NCBI RefSeq assembly: GCF_006345805.1
Contig: NC_042998.1
Coordinates: forward strand, 70,804,001-70,868,000
DNA from: Octopus sinensis
Taxonomy: Eukaryota
DNA: 64,000 nucleotides
Reading direction: 5' to 3'
Shown: one piece after another, positions 13,093-26,705 of the stretch
Position numbering within the stretch: position 1 is the first letter of the stretch
How the letters are laid out: every line of letters begins with the position of its first letter
Program-made: the position numbers and the translations under genes
Notes under the pieces: generated by a model
What the model saw: only the letters and a program-made list of their open reading frames with translations
What the model was told of the DNA's origin: nothing
Database searches by the model: none

Positions 13093-13400
13093 GAAGATGC
13101 GTGGCTTGGTGGTTAAGGCAATCGGTTCACGATCGTAAGGTCGTGAGTTCGATTCCCGCAAGTGTGTTGTGTTCTTGAGCAAGACACTTTATTTCACGAT
13201 GGTCAAGTCCATTCAGTTGGCAAAAAACGAGTTGTACCTATAATTCAAAGGGCCAGCTTTGTCACACTTTTTATCACACTGAATCTCCCTGAGAACTACG
13301 CTAAGGGTACAGGTATCTGTTGAGTACTTTAATTTCATGAGCAGGTTGTTCCGTTGATCGAATCAACTGGAACTCACGTCGTCGTAACCGAATGCCAGGT
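13093..13400 (+). mobile_element. SINE family B (tail type 1)
   Basis: Homologous over its full length to 2606-2925. Confidence 0.87.
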
Positions 13401-13407
13401 TATATAT

Positions 13408-13533
13408 ACTCTTTACTCTTTTACTCTTTTACTTGTTTCAGTCATTTGACTGCAGCCATGCTGGAGAACCGCTAAGTGACGGGGACGTAACACCGGCATC
13501 GGTTGTCAAGCAATGCTAGGGGGACAAACACAG

Positions 13534-13573
<40 letters not shown>

Positions 13574-14091
13574 GTATAGCATGGCTCAGTGGTTAGAGCG
13601 TCGAGCTTACGATCGTGAGGTTGTGAGCTCGAATCCCGGACCGGGTTGCGTGTTGTGTTCTTGAGCAAGACACTTTATTTCATGTTGCTCCAGTTCACTC
13701 AGCTGTAGAAATGAGTTGCGACGTCACAGGTGCCAAGCTGTATCGACCTTTGTCTTTCCCTTGGATAACACTGGTGGCGTGGAGAGGGGAGGCCAGTATG
13801 CATGGGCGACTGCTGGTCTTCCATAAACAACCTTGCCCGGACTTGTGTCTAGGAGGGTAACTTTCTAGGTGCAATCCCATGGTCAGTGTCGTGACCGAAG
13901 GGGGTCCCGAATATATATACATATATGCGACAGGTTTCTTTGAGTTTCCGTCTACCAAATCCACTCACAAGGCTTTGGTTGGCCCGAGGCTACAGCAGAA
14001 GACACTTGCCCAAGATGCCACGCAGTGGGACTGAACCCGGAACCATGTGGTTGGTTAGCAAGCTACTTACCACACAGCCACTCCTGCGCCT
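13408..14091 (-). mobile_element. SINE family A, interrupted by a nested family-B SINE
   Basis: Tail portion at 13408-13575 (with an internal deletion) and head portion at 13910-14091 (aggcgcaggagtggctgtgtggtaag on minus). Confidence 0.88.
13577..13909 (+). mobile_element. SINE family B (tail type 2), nested in the family-A internal microsatellite
   Basis: tRNA head TGGCTCAGTGGTTAGAGCG...GCTCGAATCCC, CORE-like TTCTTGAGCAAGACACTT, and a tail shared with 34027-34337 and 51090-51340. Confidence 0.88.
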
Positions 14092-14159
14092 ATATATGAA
14101 AGTTCTATATGAATTGTGACTCTTATGTCATACAATGTCATACAATGTATAAATATAAA

Positions 14160-15215
14160 TGTACTGTTATATTAGGGGATGATCATATTGTCAATAAACA
14201 CACTCACCATTTGACTTCATTGTTAAAATTAGTTTGTCAGAGTTCGCTGGTCACACATTCCGTGATCCCTTCAATGACTGTTCTTCGTGTCTTCTCTTCT
14301 GTCTGGTTTGTCCTGTCTATTCCTTCCATCTTACATTTTTGTGTTAAGTATACATATCTGCACATGCATTTGCTTGTGTGTGTGTGTATGTGTGTGTGTG
14401 TGTGTGTTTGGTATGTGTATGTATATCTTGTGTGCGTGTGAATAGGTTTGTATATCACACTGTACCCGTGTCTTCTTTTTTCGTATTCTGTCATCAGTTT
14501 TTCAGTTTGCGAGGTGGGATGGAGTGGAGGAGATGTTATTACACCATTCATGTATTCTATCGAGGCGTGGTCTATTTTCTATTATGGGTCTGGCCTCCGT
14601 AATCTGTCGAATTATTTGAATTATGTGTCGATAAGATTTTAACATCTGTCTATCGAGCCTCCGTATTCTAGTTCAGTACAGCACTGAAAAGATTTTCTCT
14701 TTCTTGAGTTCCTGCCAGTATTCACTTGGATGGAGTATTTAACACCACCCCTCACTCCACCACATCCCCAAACCTGACGTCAGAATACAGAAAGGAAAAA
14801 ATAAGACCCGGGTACAGTGTAATATACAAACCCATTCATCCCACAAAATAAGAAACGTGTACAAACCCAAATATATATATATGTATGTGTGTGTATGTAT
14901 ATGTGTGTGTGTTTGTGTGTGTGTGTGTGTATGTGTGTGTGTTTGCACACAAACACACATATAGATACCGAATACGTAGATACGTACAGATACAGACACA
15001 AACGCATGCACAGGCAGGGATACATATTACAGAAAGACAAGATGAAACAGACAGTAAATGATAAGAAAGAGAAGACAAGGAGAAGAACAGTTATTATTGA
15101 AGAGATCACGGAATGTGTAATTAAAGAACTCTAATAATAATAAAGTTAAAGTGAAGTTTAATTAAGCAGTACGTTTGTTTATTGGCAAAGCGACCGTCCC
15201 CAAATATAGCAATGT
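14160..15215. mobile_element. Diverged inverted-repeat (foldback) element, possibly a Penelope-like insertion
   Basis: 14160-14545 and 14740-15215 are diverged reverse complements (cacattccgtgatc / gatcacggaatgtg; cactgtacccg / cgggtacagtg). The spacer on minus weakly resembles the PLE post-RT linker (LSTHNSNN..EARPII). Confidence 0.6.
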
Positions 15216-18128
15216 ATGTTTCAACACACGATTTCCTATCAAGAACCTTCCAAAATAAATACATAAACGTATAAGAATACGATTTATAGCAGATTGTATT
15301 TCTTTAGGTTGTATTGGTATCTGATTGTGAGTAATATTTCTGTCATGAAATATAGATATATAAAACTAGATAACATTATTTTTAACATATATATGTAATT
15401 GATTATGATTGAGTTATACCAAATTGTTATTATATATTGTAAATAATTTTCATTTCATTATATGTTTAAAAATATAATGTTAATGAAAGACAAGTCACCC
15501 CTCAGTCTGGCCGATAACTTGTATGATACGCAACCTTAAACTATTTATGTAAGTGATTGTTCTTCGTGTTACTCTGATACAATAACATTTACCCGAAGAA
15601 ACAGGTGACTGACCTAATTAGAAGTCCGTTTATTTTCAGTTCTCATAAATCACTTTATCTGATAATGGGGCAGACAGGACGGAAGAAAAAAAATGTTGAC
15701 TCTACAACATTCTTAAATAATCAGTGGCTTCGAACGGTTTAAGTGACAAAATAATATGAAGAAAACACAAAATGTGAAAACTAATCGATTGAGAAAATAT
15801 TTTGGAAAAGACGTCTAAGTTAATATTATGTGTTGACTGTGAATTAGTTTTCTTGTTTTAAGTTTTATAATTGATGCCATCAGCAAACCACTCATAATAC
15901 AAGATAATTAATGTCTCACAAATGTCTCTTATTAATAATAAACGTCATTTTTAATGCAGGACAGGCGATAGTTTTTAAGGAAATTTAGTCTAAAATGTAG
16001 TTACAAGAATCAACTTTTGTATGAGACGCAAGTTGGAATCTCACACCATCTTTTCAGAACACCCGTCATCAAGGAGCCTTTCGAGATTTTGAACAACACA
16101 TTTGTGGAAAGGGCAGTATGTTGGGAATGTTATATCTTATACAAACTATTGTAATTTGGAAAATGTTTGTATTTTTCCACAAATGTTTTTATTTTCACAA
16201 ATTAGATTTAAAAAATCTCGTTGGAAATATCTGAAATTAATTGCTAAAAATCAATGATACAAAATGAAAACCAAGGATAAAATCTAGAATTATAGTACTA
16301 AATCAAATATGTCAGTACAAAGATACACGCGTAAGACGAGAGAAATGGAAATTTAAGAAAAGAACATTTTAAGGAAATAGATTTGAATTCGACATACTGC
16401 AGTACCTCCCACTTCCCGGAAACATGCAATTAGTTATCCAAAACATTTACCGAGGAAGCTACATGCGATTAAATATCTCATACAGCTAAACGCTACACAT
16501 CAGAAATAGTAAATTTGTGGCTTGCACTTGGTTTGCTGACAATCTGCACGCCACAAATCTGCTTGATTAGAGGTGATCTGGAAGTCGTACAAACACAACA
16601 GTCTGTCTATTTGATAACTCCCATTTTCCCTGAAATGTTTTTTACAATTCAACAACATGCTTGATGACGCAACCTATTGTCTGACTATATATCTCTATTT
16701 TAGAACTGTAAAATAAGAGACCAATTGATATAACCACATGAATGTGTACACAGTCACTGACTAATACAACAAGTGGTTGAATGTTAAGCTTTTCATCTTT
16801 GAAAGGAAAGTATTGGCAGAAAGCTCAACTACATTTTCTCCCCTTCTCTTATAAGTAATTCATATAATCTACACCTATAGCAATGAGACAGATCGTTATA
16901 TATTATATTGTTATTGCTGGTTTAGCTGTTGCTATATCTCTCAGGAATCAAATCCAGAATTTAGTTTTCGTTTTCACGCAAAGTTTTTCTTCCTTGACTT
17001 AATATATTAATACGTTTGAAAAAAGTTAAAGCACAACATTATTTTTATTCTAAGATTCTGAATCTTTCTGATACTATCATTAAGTAGATACATTTGTCAT
17101 ATAAGTTGGCTGAGGCAGGCCTTTCAAATAACGATGACGGTGTTTGTGTGTTTGACAGCCAGGTTCAGCGTCCATTGTGTAGAAACTATAATTGTGGATA
17201 ATGCGATGGAAGTGGGTAAAACAATAGAACTATAGAGAAAGAACAATGAGAAAACGGTAATGATTACAAGAGAGAATGAACGAGATTGGTAAATAATGAC
17301 AAAAATATTCAGAAATAAAAGAAAAGAGAGACGATTAAGAAAAGAAAGGCTGCTAGATAAAGACACGGAAGAGAATGAACGTATATTAAATAGAGCAGTG
17401 AAAGAAAGAGGAAAGATATAAACAAAGGCAGAGAGAAAGACTTAAAGCAGAAACATAATGGTGATGACCCTCGACTTGAACTTCTGAATACAGTAAAGAA
17501 AAGGTATGTAAGATGTGGTGGGTTTGCAGGTCAACGCTGCAGATGTGGGTCAGAGATGAATTTGGCAACTTACTGCTAGAGATAACCACTAGACGTACAT
17601 ACAAATGTTATTTAAAAGTCGAGCGGAGATAACCTTTCTGTCTGAAGTAAAGTAAGGGGGTCAGGTGTGAGAACTAGATCTAAAGAATTATAATTGACAA
17701 CCTATGTCCAAGTTATCTTGTGTTGCATCTTTCGTTAAAGGTCAAAATACGAATGAGTAGTAAAAATAAAATAGAACAAATACTTAAATGAAAACTGTTG
17801 TTCGGAATTGATACGGTGTATTAGGTTTTCCTATGCAATCAATATTGCCTTCGGTCTATTTGAACCGATGTCGATAGAAAGATCGAATGGGTAGGTGAGG
17901 GTGAACATTATTTCAAGACAGTAGCCTTATAGGTCTGTTATTTACACTGCAACAATAACATTCAATCTGCACATATAGACATAGGCACACATAAACTTAG
18001 ACGTTCATACACGTAAATACACATACACACACGAAAACAGCTAAATATATACGAATGTACAGACACACACACACATATATATCTGTGGCAAAAAACATAT
18101 ATATGTATTATATTTATAAATGCCCCCC

Positions 18129-18159
<31 letters not shown>

Positions 18160-18749
18160 CGTATACACACGCTCGCGCGCGAACACACACATATATATAA
18201 CACTATCACACACTTATATTAACGTGTGTATGCATGTATGTATGTATCTAAAACTTTTTTTATATCTGAGGATAACAATTGTATGGATTTGTGTGATTCT
18301 TACGCTTAATGTTAAACAGTCGCCTATGTAGCGTTGATATAGCTTATTTGCAAACAATAAAGCTAATCAAATTATATTGTTTTACAGAGGAAATGAATGA
18401 TTCGATCGGTAAACTCAGCAGCCATCTTGGAATACTTTATACACAGCTATGTGACAATGACAATACTTCTCCCATTAAACAATTATTGGATTTTTTAATG
18501 CATCGCCTGCTGTTGTTACCACTAAGCCAGCAATACACTACTCTACAGAAATTAAATTAAAAAAAAATCTTCAATAAAAATTGAAATACTTTTAGACTGA
18601 TTCGAAAATACTACTCGTACAGTGGAATGAAAATAAATGATCTATTATATCACAGACTACTATTATAGAAATTATACTGACGACTGCCCAGTTCATATCA
18701 AACAATTTTCTCAGATTACAGAATATTTGTATTTGTCCCTTTCTCTTTT

Positions 18750-19250
18750 AAATCATGTGGGTTATGTGTGGTGCGTATTTATCTCTGTTGTAGCGCACAA
18801 TTTTTGAAGAGATATTATCAAAGCTAGAATCGTTAAGCTCGAGCATCTGGGTTTCGAAAATTATGTTTGGAGGTGCAGCAAGCTTCTAGCTTCTTTTGCT
18901 GAATACGCTAGATGAATGATGAAATAAGTAGGCTAACACCTTTGACTGCTTTTGGGTTGTGGGTTTGTAGGAGATCTTAGGAGTAAAGGCGCTACTCTTT
19001 AATGTCTTATTACAATTGCATGCATCTCTGTCGCTGCACGATATGTCTGCCGATAGGCTGAATAATTTTCTGTACATATAAAACGTTTCTTCACTAGGCT
19101 TTCTCCAGAGGTGATACATGACTGATTAGAGGTCAAGAGAAGATAGTCAGGAAGTTGACTTTTGTCAAGTTGGGTGTAACAGATGTGATTCAGCCGAATA
19201 TTTTGGTGTTTTGGAGGGAGGCTGTATTCTTCCCTTCGATGTATTGTGTC
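18750..19250 (-). mobile_element. Penelope-like (Naiad-type) RT/thumb remnant
   Basis: Minus-strand pieces KIFG*ITSVTPNLTKVNFL, YHLWRKPSEETFYM and NKTLKSSAFTPKISYKP resemble PLE GLKITIETNLKIVNFLD..YKPYRKPN..ALKKSGF. Heavily decayed. Confidence 0.55.
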
Positions 19251-19325
19251 TTTCCGTGTTCAGATGTTAGTGCTCATGTGTATATATATATATATATATA
19301 TAGTATATATATACTATATATATAT

Positions 19326-19357
<32 letters not shown>

Positions 19358-19361
<4 letters not shown>

Positions 19362-19908
19362 TGGGTGCCTCCTCGTTATCGAGTATGGCCATTGCGCGAA
19401 GCTTAATCAATGTTATCGTGCAATGCCTGTGCAAGAAGATTCTTTTAAAGTGAGGAAAGGCTGTGCACTGACTCAATCCCACTCACTAAGCAACAGCAAC
19501 CATAATCCGAAAGGAAGAACAAGTCAACATCATCGGTAACCACTGACCCGCAGGTTTTATGTCGGAGTTATCCAAGTTACCTGAGTTATCTTCTCCTAGA
19601 AGGATGCCCTAACAAAGGCTAGGAGTCCTTCACTCCGAATGGTTTAACCGCGCGATCGGGTATTCAGTCCGATTATTTCTATGTTCCCGCGCATGATACA
19701 GCCTTAAGACATTTATTGGATGGCCGTTGACTTTCAAGAGTTCCTCCGCCCTTTGACGGGTTTTGTTTTTCATACCACAGGGTGTCCAATAAACACCCTC
19801 CTCACCACGCAAGCTTGGTAGGGTTGCCGGTTTAGTCGCCGACGACCCGACCATGCAACAGGTTGTACTGGGTTACATGTTATCAGTGCACTCGAAAGTG
19901 ACCTGACA
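19358..19908 (-). mobile_element. Probable non-autonomous RTE-derived element (5'-UTR-like plus 3'-end-like)
   Basis: GC-rich island between (TA)n tracts. Minus strand has accaagcttgcgtggtgaggaggg and ctaggagaagataact, resembling RTE 5'-UTR motifs. No coding capacity. Confidence 0.5.
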
Positions 19909-19976
19909 TAATATATATATATATACATACATATACATGCATTCATACATACATGCATATAAGTGTGTGTGTCTGT

Positions 19977-20027
<51 letters not shown>

Positions 20028-20029
20028 AT

Positions 20030-20082
<53 letters not shown>

Positions 20083-20322
20083 CATATGAGTTGTGGGTAA
20101 ATCCACACCTTTAGATTTTTCTACAATCCTCACCATTTTTTAAGAGTATGGCTGAAATAAAATTTCCTCCCTTACCTTCACACATCGTCATGAAATTCAT
20201 GATCCTCGCCCTAGCTATGTATGCACATCTAGTAAGTTCCATCTATATTTCACTCTCTTTGGGATTACACCTTCCATCTATCGCTCTCATATCTTCATTC
20301 TTCCACTGCAACTCTTAATATT

Positions 20323-20415
20323 ATCCTTCTGATGATGGAATATTTTGCCACTAAATTCCAACATGCAGAGATCTGCACCAGTCATGATATCATTCTCGAA
20401 ACTGCTGTAAAATCC
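20323..20415 (+). ncRNA. Degenerate type I hammerhead motif within a ~560-bp repeat (20096-20660)
   Basis: atcctt-CTGATGA (20329-20335)-tggaat...attctc-GAAA-ctgct-GTA. The core is intact but stems I, II and III carry mismatches. Confidence 0.45.
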
Positions 20416-20832
20416 TACTTGTACAATTCTTATCAATTCAAGATTGCTGCTTCTGACACTATTCATCTACTTGTCTCATAAATACTATGGACTTTCTTTC
20501 AATGTATCTAACTTCATTTGAACTATTATGAACTTTTCACCTTCCAGATTTTTCCGACTACCTACTAATTATATATGTATATATATTCCTTTTATGCATA
20601 TTTGCCTTTGTCGTTAACGTGTTATATAAGTATAAATATTTTATAAACTGGCTTTATACTTGCTAACTGCCTATTTATAGCTCTGTTACGTTATACATAC
20701 ATACACACATTCATACATACATACATACATACATACATACATACATACATACATACATACATACATACATACATACATACATACATACATACATAGGTAT
20801 GCCATTCCGAACTGGTTACTACAAGAACTTTT

Positions 20833-21068
20833 AGGCGGCGAGCTGGCAGAAACGTTAGTATGTCGGGCGAAATGCTTAGTGGTATTTCCTCTGCAGTTAC
20901 GTTGTGAGTTCAAATTCCGCCGAGGTCGACTTTGCCATTCATCCTTTCGGGGTCGATAAATTAAGTACCAGTTACGCACTGGGGTCGATGTAATCGACTT
21001 AATCCCTTTGTCTGTCCTTGTTTGTTCCCTCTACGTTTAGCCCCTTGTGGGCGATAAAGAAATAAGAA
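20833..21068 (+). mobile_element. SINE family C (near full length)
   Basis: ggcggcgagctggcagaaacgttag...gagttcaaattccgccgaggtcgac...ccccttgtgggcgataaagaaataagaaa. Confidence 0.9.
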
Positions 21069-21655
21069 AACTTCAACATCAATGAAGATGTAGACTGGCT
21101 ATACTTCTCACATAAGGGTGGCAGCCGTCGTCTCAAATCTGTATTGATGTCATATGAAGCACGTATTATGATCCTGAAGCAACACTGTAGCAGAGGAAAG
21201 AGACCAGTAACTATCTTGATGTAGTTTGTTACCATGAAGTCAACAAACAGCATAATTAGGATAACTAATGAATTTGAGGAGATGTATGAAATACGAGCTA
21301 ATGTAAACCTCTCCTCAATGAGTATTGGAAAAAATTCTATTTATTAGTAGAATAGAAAAAAAAAAAACAATGGACCAATCCACTGAGAAGATGATGCATG
21401 GGTATTTGGCACGTAAAACATCGACCATAGAAAGCATTGATCATGATAAAAGATTCGTATAGAGTACCGACAAGTTTATGACACCCCTCTTGGAAAACTA
21501 CCTCAAAGCAGTTCAAGAAAATGAAATCCCGACCAAGTACCTCTAGCGTAGAAAGCAGAAAGCGTTGACAGAAAACAAATGTAGTCAGTGAAAGACCAAG
21601 ACTGAAGACATCAACCTCATAATTGCCAACTGCAAGAGAATGGCTTCCAGATGCC
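21068..21655 (+). mobile_element. R4/Dong-like (RLE-type) non-LTR remnant, post-RT and zinc-knuckle region
   Basis: NFNINEDVDWLYFSHKGGSRRLKSV, MHGYLARK, AVQENEIPTKYL and KCSQ*KTKTEDINLIIANCK match R4/Dong DVDRLY..GGRGL, QEQEI.TK and CRLC..EDI.HI..C motifs. Confidence 0.72.
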
Positions 21656-21853
21656 CAGCACCACTATAACAGCGTAACCCCCCGTCAACGATATATAGAA
21701 TCTTAATATCTATTCAGGCACTGGTGTTTCAAATAGCCAGTGGGCTTATTAATACCATTTGATATTGATGCTGATTCTGTCGCTATGGACTATTTTTCAA
21801 TAAGCTCACTGGCTATTTGCGACAACGTATTTTATCGCGCTGTTGGACATCTG
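21648..21853. repeat. Small MITE-like inverted repeat
   Basis: Inner arms aaatagccagtgggcttatt (~21730-21750) / aataagctcactggctattt (~21798-21818), with weaker outer arms cagatg.cca.ca. Confidence 0.5.
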
Positions 21854-22174
21854 TCACCGTGAACACATAGCAGGGTGAAATCATGTGACCTGGCAGTTAC
21901 CGGAGAACTGTCCCTGGAATTAGCGGATTACTCTCGTCTGTTAACAATATAATTTCGAGTGAGTGCAAAAACACCACAAGCCCTTATGAGAAATTCCCCT
22001 TAAGGTAGATAACGCAATATTCTGTATTCTAACATAACCTCCACGTTAAGTTGGAGATCAAGATTAGCTTTTAATATTATGCTATTTTAAGTATGAGAGT
22101 CAGTGGTATTAATATACCCAGACCTTTTAAAAATATCTTCTATTATTAAGGTTAATAAAGTAATGCTCCACGTA

Positions 22175-22359
22175 GAAAAAAAATGCTATATACTCTAGAA
22201 TCGAAACCGTGTCAGAAATTAAGGCAGCTCAGAATTTATATCTTTCTTGACATTGCTCTCCAATATTTGTGCCTGTGATTAAATTAGCTGACTAACACAC
22301 ACACACACACACACAGAGTCACGCACGCACACACACACACACACACACAGAGTCACGCA

Positions 22360-22415
<56 letters not shown>

Positions 22416-23332
22416 AAAGCTGAAGAGGTCAAGTTTAAATGAAACCAGAACTCCTGAGAAATATTTCACTGCTATCTAGAATTTTTAGTCTGCTTCACTC
22501 AGAAAGATTTTGAATAAAGCTGTACAGGATTGTCAACCTTTGTATTTGGATTGTATTACAATTGATTTGATATAAACGATTAAATGCATAAAACTATTTT
22601 ATGAAATGGCTCTGATAGACTATTTTATCCGAAACACCATCTAGAGTGTAAGATGAAAAAAATACTTTACGGTAAATAAATTTTAAACTGCGTAGCTCTC
22701 CAAACTTCATTAATATATCTTGATACAATGCTCTGTACTCTACATGAAATCCATTGAAAAGATCGCAGCATTTACCATTCAAAGAGACTACAGGTTAATT
22801 GTTTATTCTAAGCGATTCTAAAGGTTTCCTATCAGTCGATGTGGTTAGCCATTTGGTGGGTTTTATCAAAGTGCTCGTAAGGTATATGTCCAGATTTACA
22901 ATCCTTAAGCCTTTTAGCTATATAAATAAATGTATAGTGTTTACACACACACACAACACACACACAACACACACACACATACACACACACACTTGTAAGT
23001 AGGAAGCATATATAATAACACACGTACACATGTGTACATACGCACGGAACACGCATATTTACGCACATCCATACGCACGTATATTTGTATCAACATTCTG
23101 TTGCCTATCTATTAAGTACTAGAACATATATTCATACACAAGATGATAGAGAATGTGATGACAAATATACCTTTTTCACAGATTATCGTAGATTATCTTA
23201 ACAACGTCCGAGAAAAAAAATTATTGTATAATCTAGAATCGAAACCGCCTCGAAAATTAAGTCAGCCCCGAATTTATATCTTTCTTGTCACTGCTCTCCA
23301 ATATTCGTGTCTATGGTTAAATTGGCTGACTA
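22175..23332 (+). repeat. Diverged ~120-bp direct repeats (22175-22294 and 23212-23332)
   Basis: ctagaatcgaaaccg...gaatttatatctttcttg...tgctctccaatatt...ttaaatt.gctgacta occurs twice about 1040 bp apart. Confidence 0.8.
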
Positions 23333-23736
23333 TATGAATATAGAGCAAAGCTGTAACTGCGAGATCTATAAATATTGTATTAGTAAGAGAGAGAAAGAAA
23401 GGGAGAGACAGAGAAAGAGATGAATAATAGGATTACGCAGTATAACATATTTCAGATATTTCAATAACGCAGCATGCATTAAGTGTGTAGATTATTGCAA
23501 TGACAAATAGTTAGCAGTGCATATTTATTTCTTGCTTAATGTGTAGTTTACTTCTCGGGGAATTTCCTCAGTCGTTGTATTTTTATCATTTTTTTTTTTT
23601 TGCATTTCTTGACAGTTTTTGACATGAACAGCTAGAATCAGCCGAGGAAATTGCACTTTTTCACTGACCGTATACATCTACATTTACATATAAACACGCC
23701 CACACCAGCTACCAGGCACACACACACACACGTACA

Positions 23737-23779
<43 letters not shown>

Positions 23780-23949
23780 ACACACACACGCAGTTATACA
23801 TATACACATGCTTGGCCTCCCTTAGAGTGTTTATGTAAATATCTATGCACACGCACGCCTGCACATATGAACGGTTACTCATACATGTATATACCTATAT
23901 GGTGCATAAATACCTATGTTTGTATACATCTATATTATATATATAAATG

Positions 23950-23981
<32 letters not shown>

Positions 23982-24049
23982 CATATATAAACACATACAT
24001 ATACATACAAATATAAAAATATATAAACGCACACATTACGCACACACAC

Positions 24050-24126
<77 letters not shown>

Positions 24127-24672
24127 CATACATGTGGTACGTGCATTTACATTCAGAATTTCTATCTGAGTGTGTATGTGTGTCTGTATGCATACATAAA
24201 TGTAATTACATGTGCGCATATATAAGTACATAACCTCACGCACACATACGCACACACACAAAACCAAACCGCATATATATATATATTCAAATCTTTCTAT
24301 CGCCAAACCTTCGTACGCTTTAATGTTATTCCATATTGATTTTATGAAACAAAGTTGGTGCAATTCTGGAGTAATGTCTGACAGTTCTGTAGTGTTTCGC
24401 CAATTTATATATCTGAATACCGTCTTCAGATTGATTTTTACTTGTCAATAAAGAGAAATATGTTTTTTGTAGCCTTTCTAAAGGTTATTATTGCCTTAAT
24501 CTTGATGTGCGGCTATGACAGAGCGCCAATGAGTTTTTTGCTTTGATGTCTATGTATGGTAAGCAATTGTATGTGCATATATACATTATATATATATATA
24601 TATATATAAATATACACATATATATATACACACACACATATATATCTATACACACATATATACGTGTGTGTA

Positions 24673-24704
<32 letters not shown>

Positions 24705-25852
24705 CGTGTGTGCCCGCGCTAGATATCGACGCGATTACCACCGAGTTCTCAACAGCGTTGAGTCTTAATTCAAACATATGGTTGAGATTAACTATTTGGT
24801 AGACCGAGTTATTTGACGTTTAAAATTATATTCGTTAGTTGTAAGCTAAGCAACATTCTCTGTATATTCATAACTGTCTTGTTATTGGTAAAAGTATTTA
24901 ATTAAATGGAAATCTCGGAAATTTTAGCGAAATAGATGGCAATCTGTCAGTCTCCTATTTCAATTTGCCAGAGATGTGTGTATACAATCCCTCGTTTTAC
25001 TTGGCACTTGGACATGCGACCCCAGGATACATCCCACAGTCATGCACACGTTTGTTTTATTCAACCGAGTGTCTAGCCTTACTATTTAGCCGAATGTTTT
25101 GTATGTATTCCCAAGTATCGTTTGGCAGCTGGGATTATAATTTCACTAGTCAACAGTTGGTCATATACTTATACAATTCAACTGAAATTTGAGCATATAC
25201 AGTCACAATTGAGCTTCACGTGGATATTGCTACGAATTTTACTATAATGAAGAGTATAAACTCACCATTCAACTGCTAGTTGTGGTTTTTATAGTGTATT
25301 TAATAGAATGAGAATATATATTTTTTTCGTTTTCAAACAGTATACACAACTGTGAATGGCACCTGATCTAGTTATTTCGCTTTCAGAATACCACTAATAC
25401 GTGGTCTGTATCTTGCGAGATTGTATTCAGTTTCACATCAACTGAAGCCAAACAAATCTACTGAGATGTAAATAGATCAATTGTACTGATCAATAGAAAA
25501 CAAGAGGCGACAATTAGAATCACGAAACGTGCCTGATAATTAATGATTTCTTTTCATGAATATTCTTGGAGATGATTATTGTGATGCCGTAACATTTATG
25601 TCTTTCCTCTTATAGGTAACAGTTTTAGTCAAAGGAAACTACGACGTACAAATAACATGTATCGTATACGAGGATATTCCTGTCTTACTAACTATATAAA
25701 TATGCATGGGATCTGGGTAGTTGTCTTACTCTATACACAGCAACAGATACGTAAGCCGGCAAGGTACAAAGCAGAAAACATATATTTTAACTTTTACTTG
25801 TTTCAGTCATTACACTACGGTCATGCTGGTGCACCCCTAGAAAAGAAGTTGA

Positions 25853-25924
25853 TGCATCGGCTGGTAAACGAAACCGGGGTCACCCGCGTGACAGGCGAGC
25901 ATTCTACCATTGAACCACCGATGT
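25853..25924 (-). pseudogene. tRNA-Gly(GCC)-derived pseudogene; anticodon now reads GTC
   Basis: Minus strand ACATCGGTGGTTCAATGGTAGAATGCTCGCCTGTCACGCGGGTGACCCCGGTTTCGTTTACCAGCCGATGCA aligns to invertebrate tRNA-Gly GCATCGGTGGTTCAGTGGTAGAATGCTCGCCTGCCACGCGGG... The T-arm/B box and position 1 are mutated. Confidence 0.85.
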
Positions 25925-25940
25925 TTACTGATATCTATAT

Positions 25941-26153
<213 letters not shown>

Positions 26154-26672
26154 TAAACCGGATAAACGCTGTTTCTTGTCTCTACATTTTCTGACTTGGC
26201 ATAGTGCATAGCACTTCCGTCCACTCCGCTCCACTCCACTCCACTCTACTCAAACGTTCATATAATACTTTGATACATGTACATATACAAACATGAAAGA
26301 ATGACATGTATATGTATAATACATAGGCATTTATACGTATATAAAAACCAACAGACAAAACCAAGTCACACACAACACGCACGCAAATACTCATATATGT
26401 ATATTCAGATATTGCAGACAGTCTGATAAACATACAACAAGCTGATATGATGATATAAAAGAGTGAAACATATATACACATATTTGACTTACACACATAG
26501 AGACAATAAACGAATATAAGTATACATATATGCAAACATAATAGGCTGAGAACTATGTATGTATGTATGTATATAAAGACATAACAAGCTATCGCAGAGA
26601 TAAAAGGCTGTCATATATATACACATATCGTATACTGAAACATATACGAAGATATATGACAGATACATATAC

Positions 26673-26705
<33 letters not shown>

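Noticed and set aside
16000-16700. piggyBac-like cysteine-rich remnant
   Set aside because: Only a CWECY-like fragment was seen, which is too little to support a call.
22594-22782. Possible host exon (62-aa minus ORF)
   Set aside because: No recognisable domain, no convincing splice pair and no neighbouring exons.
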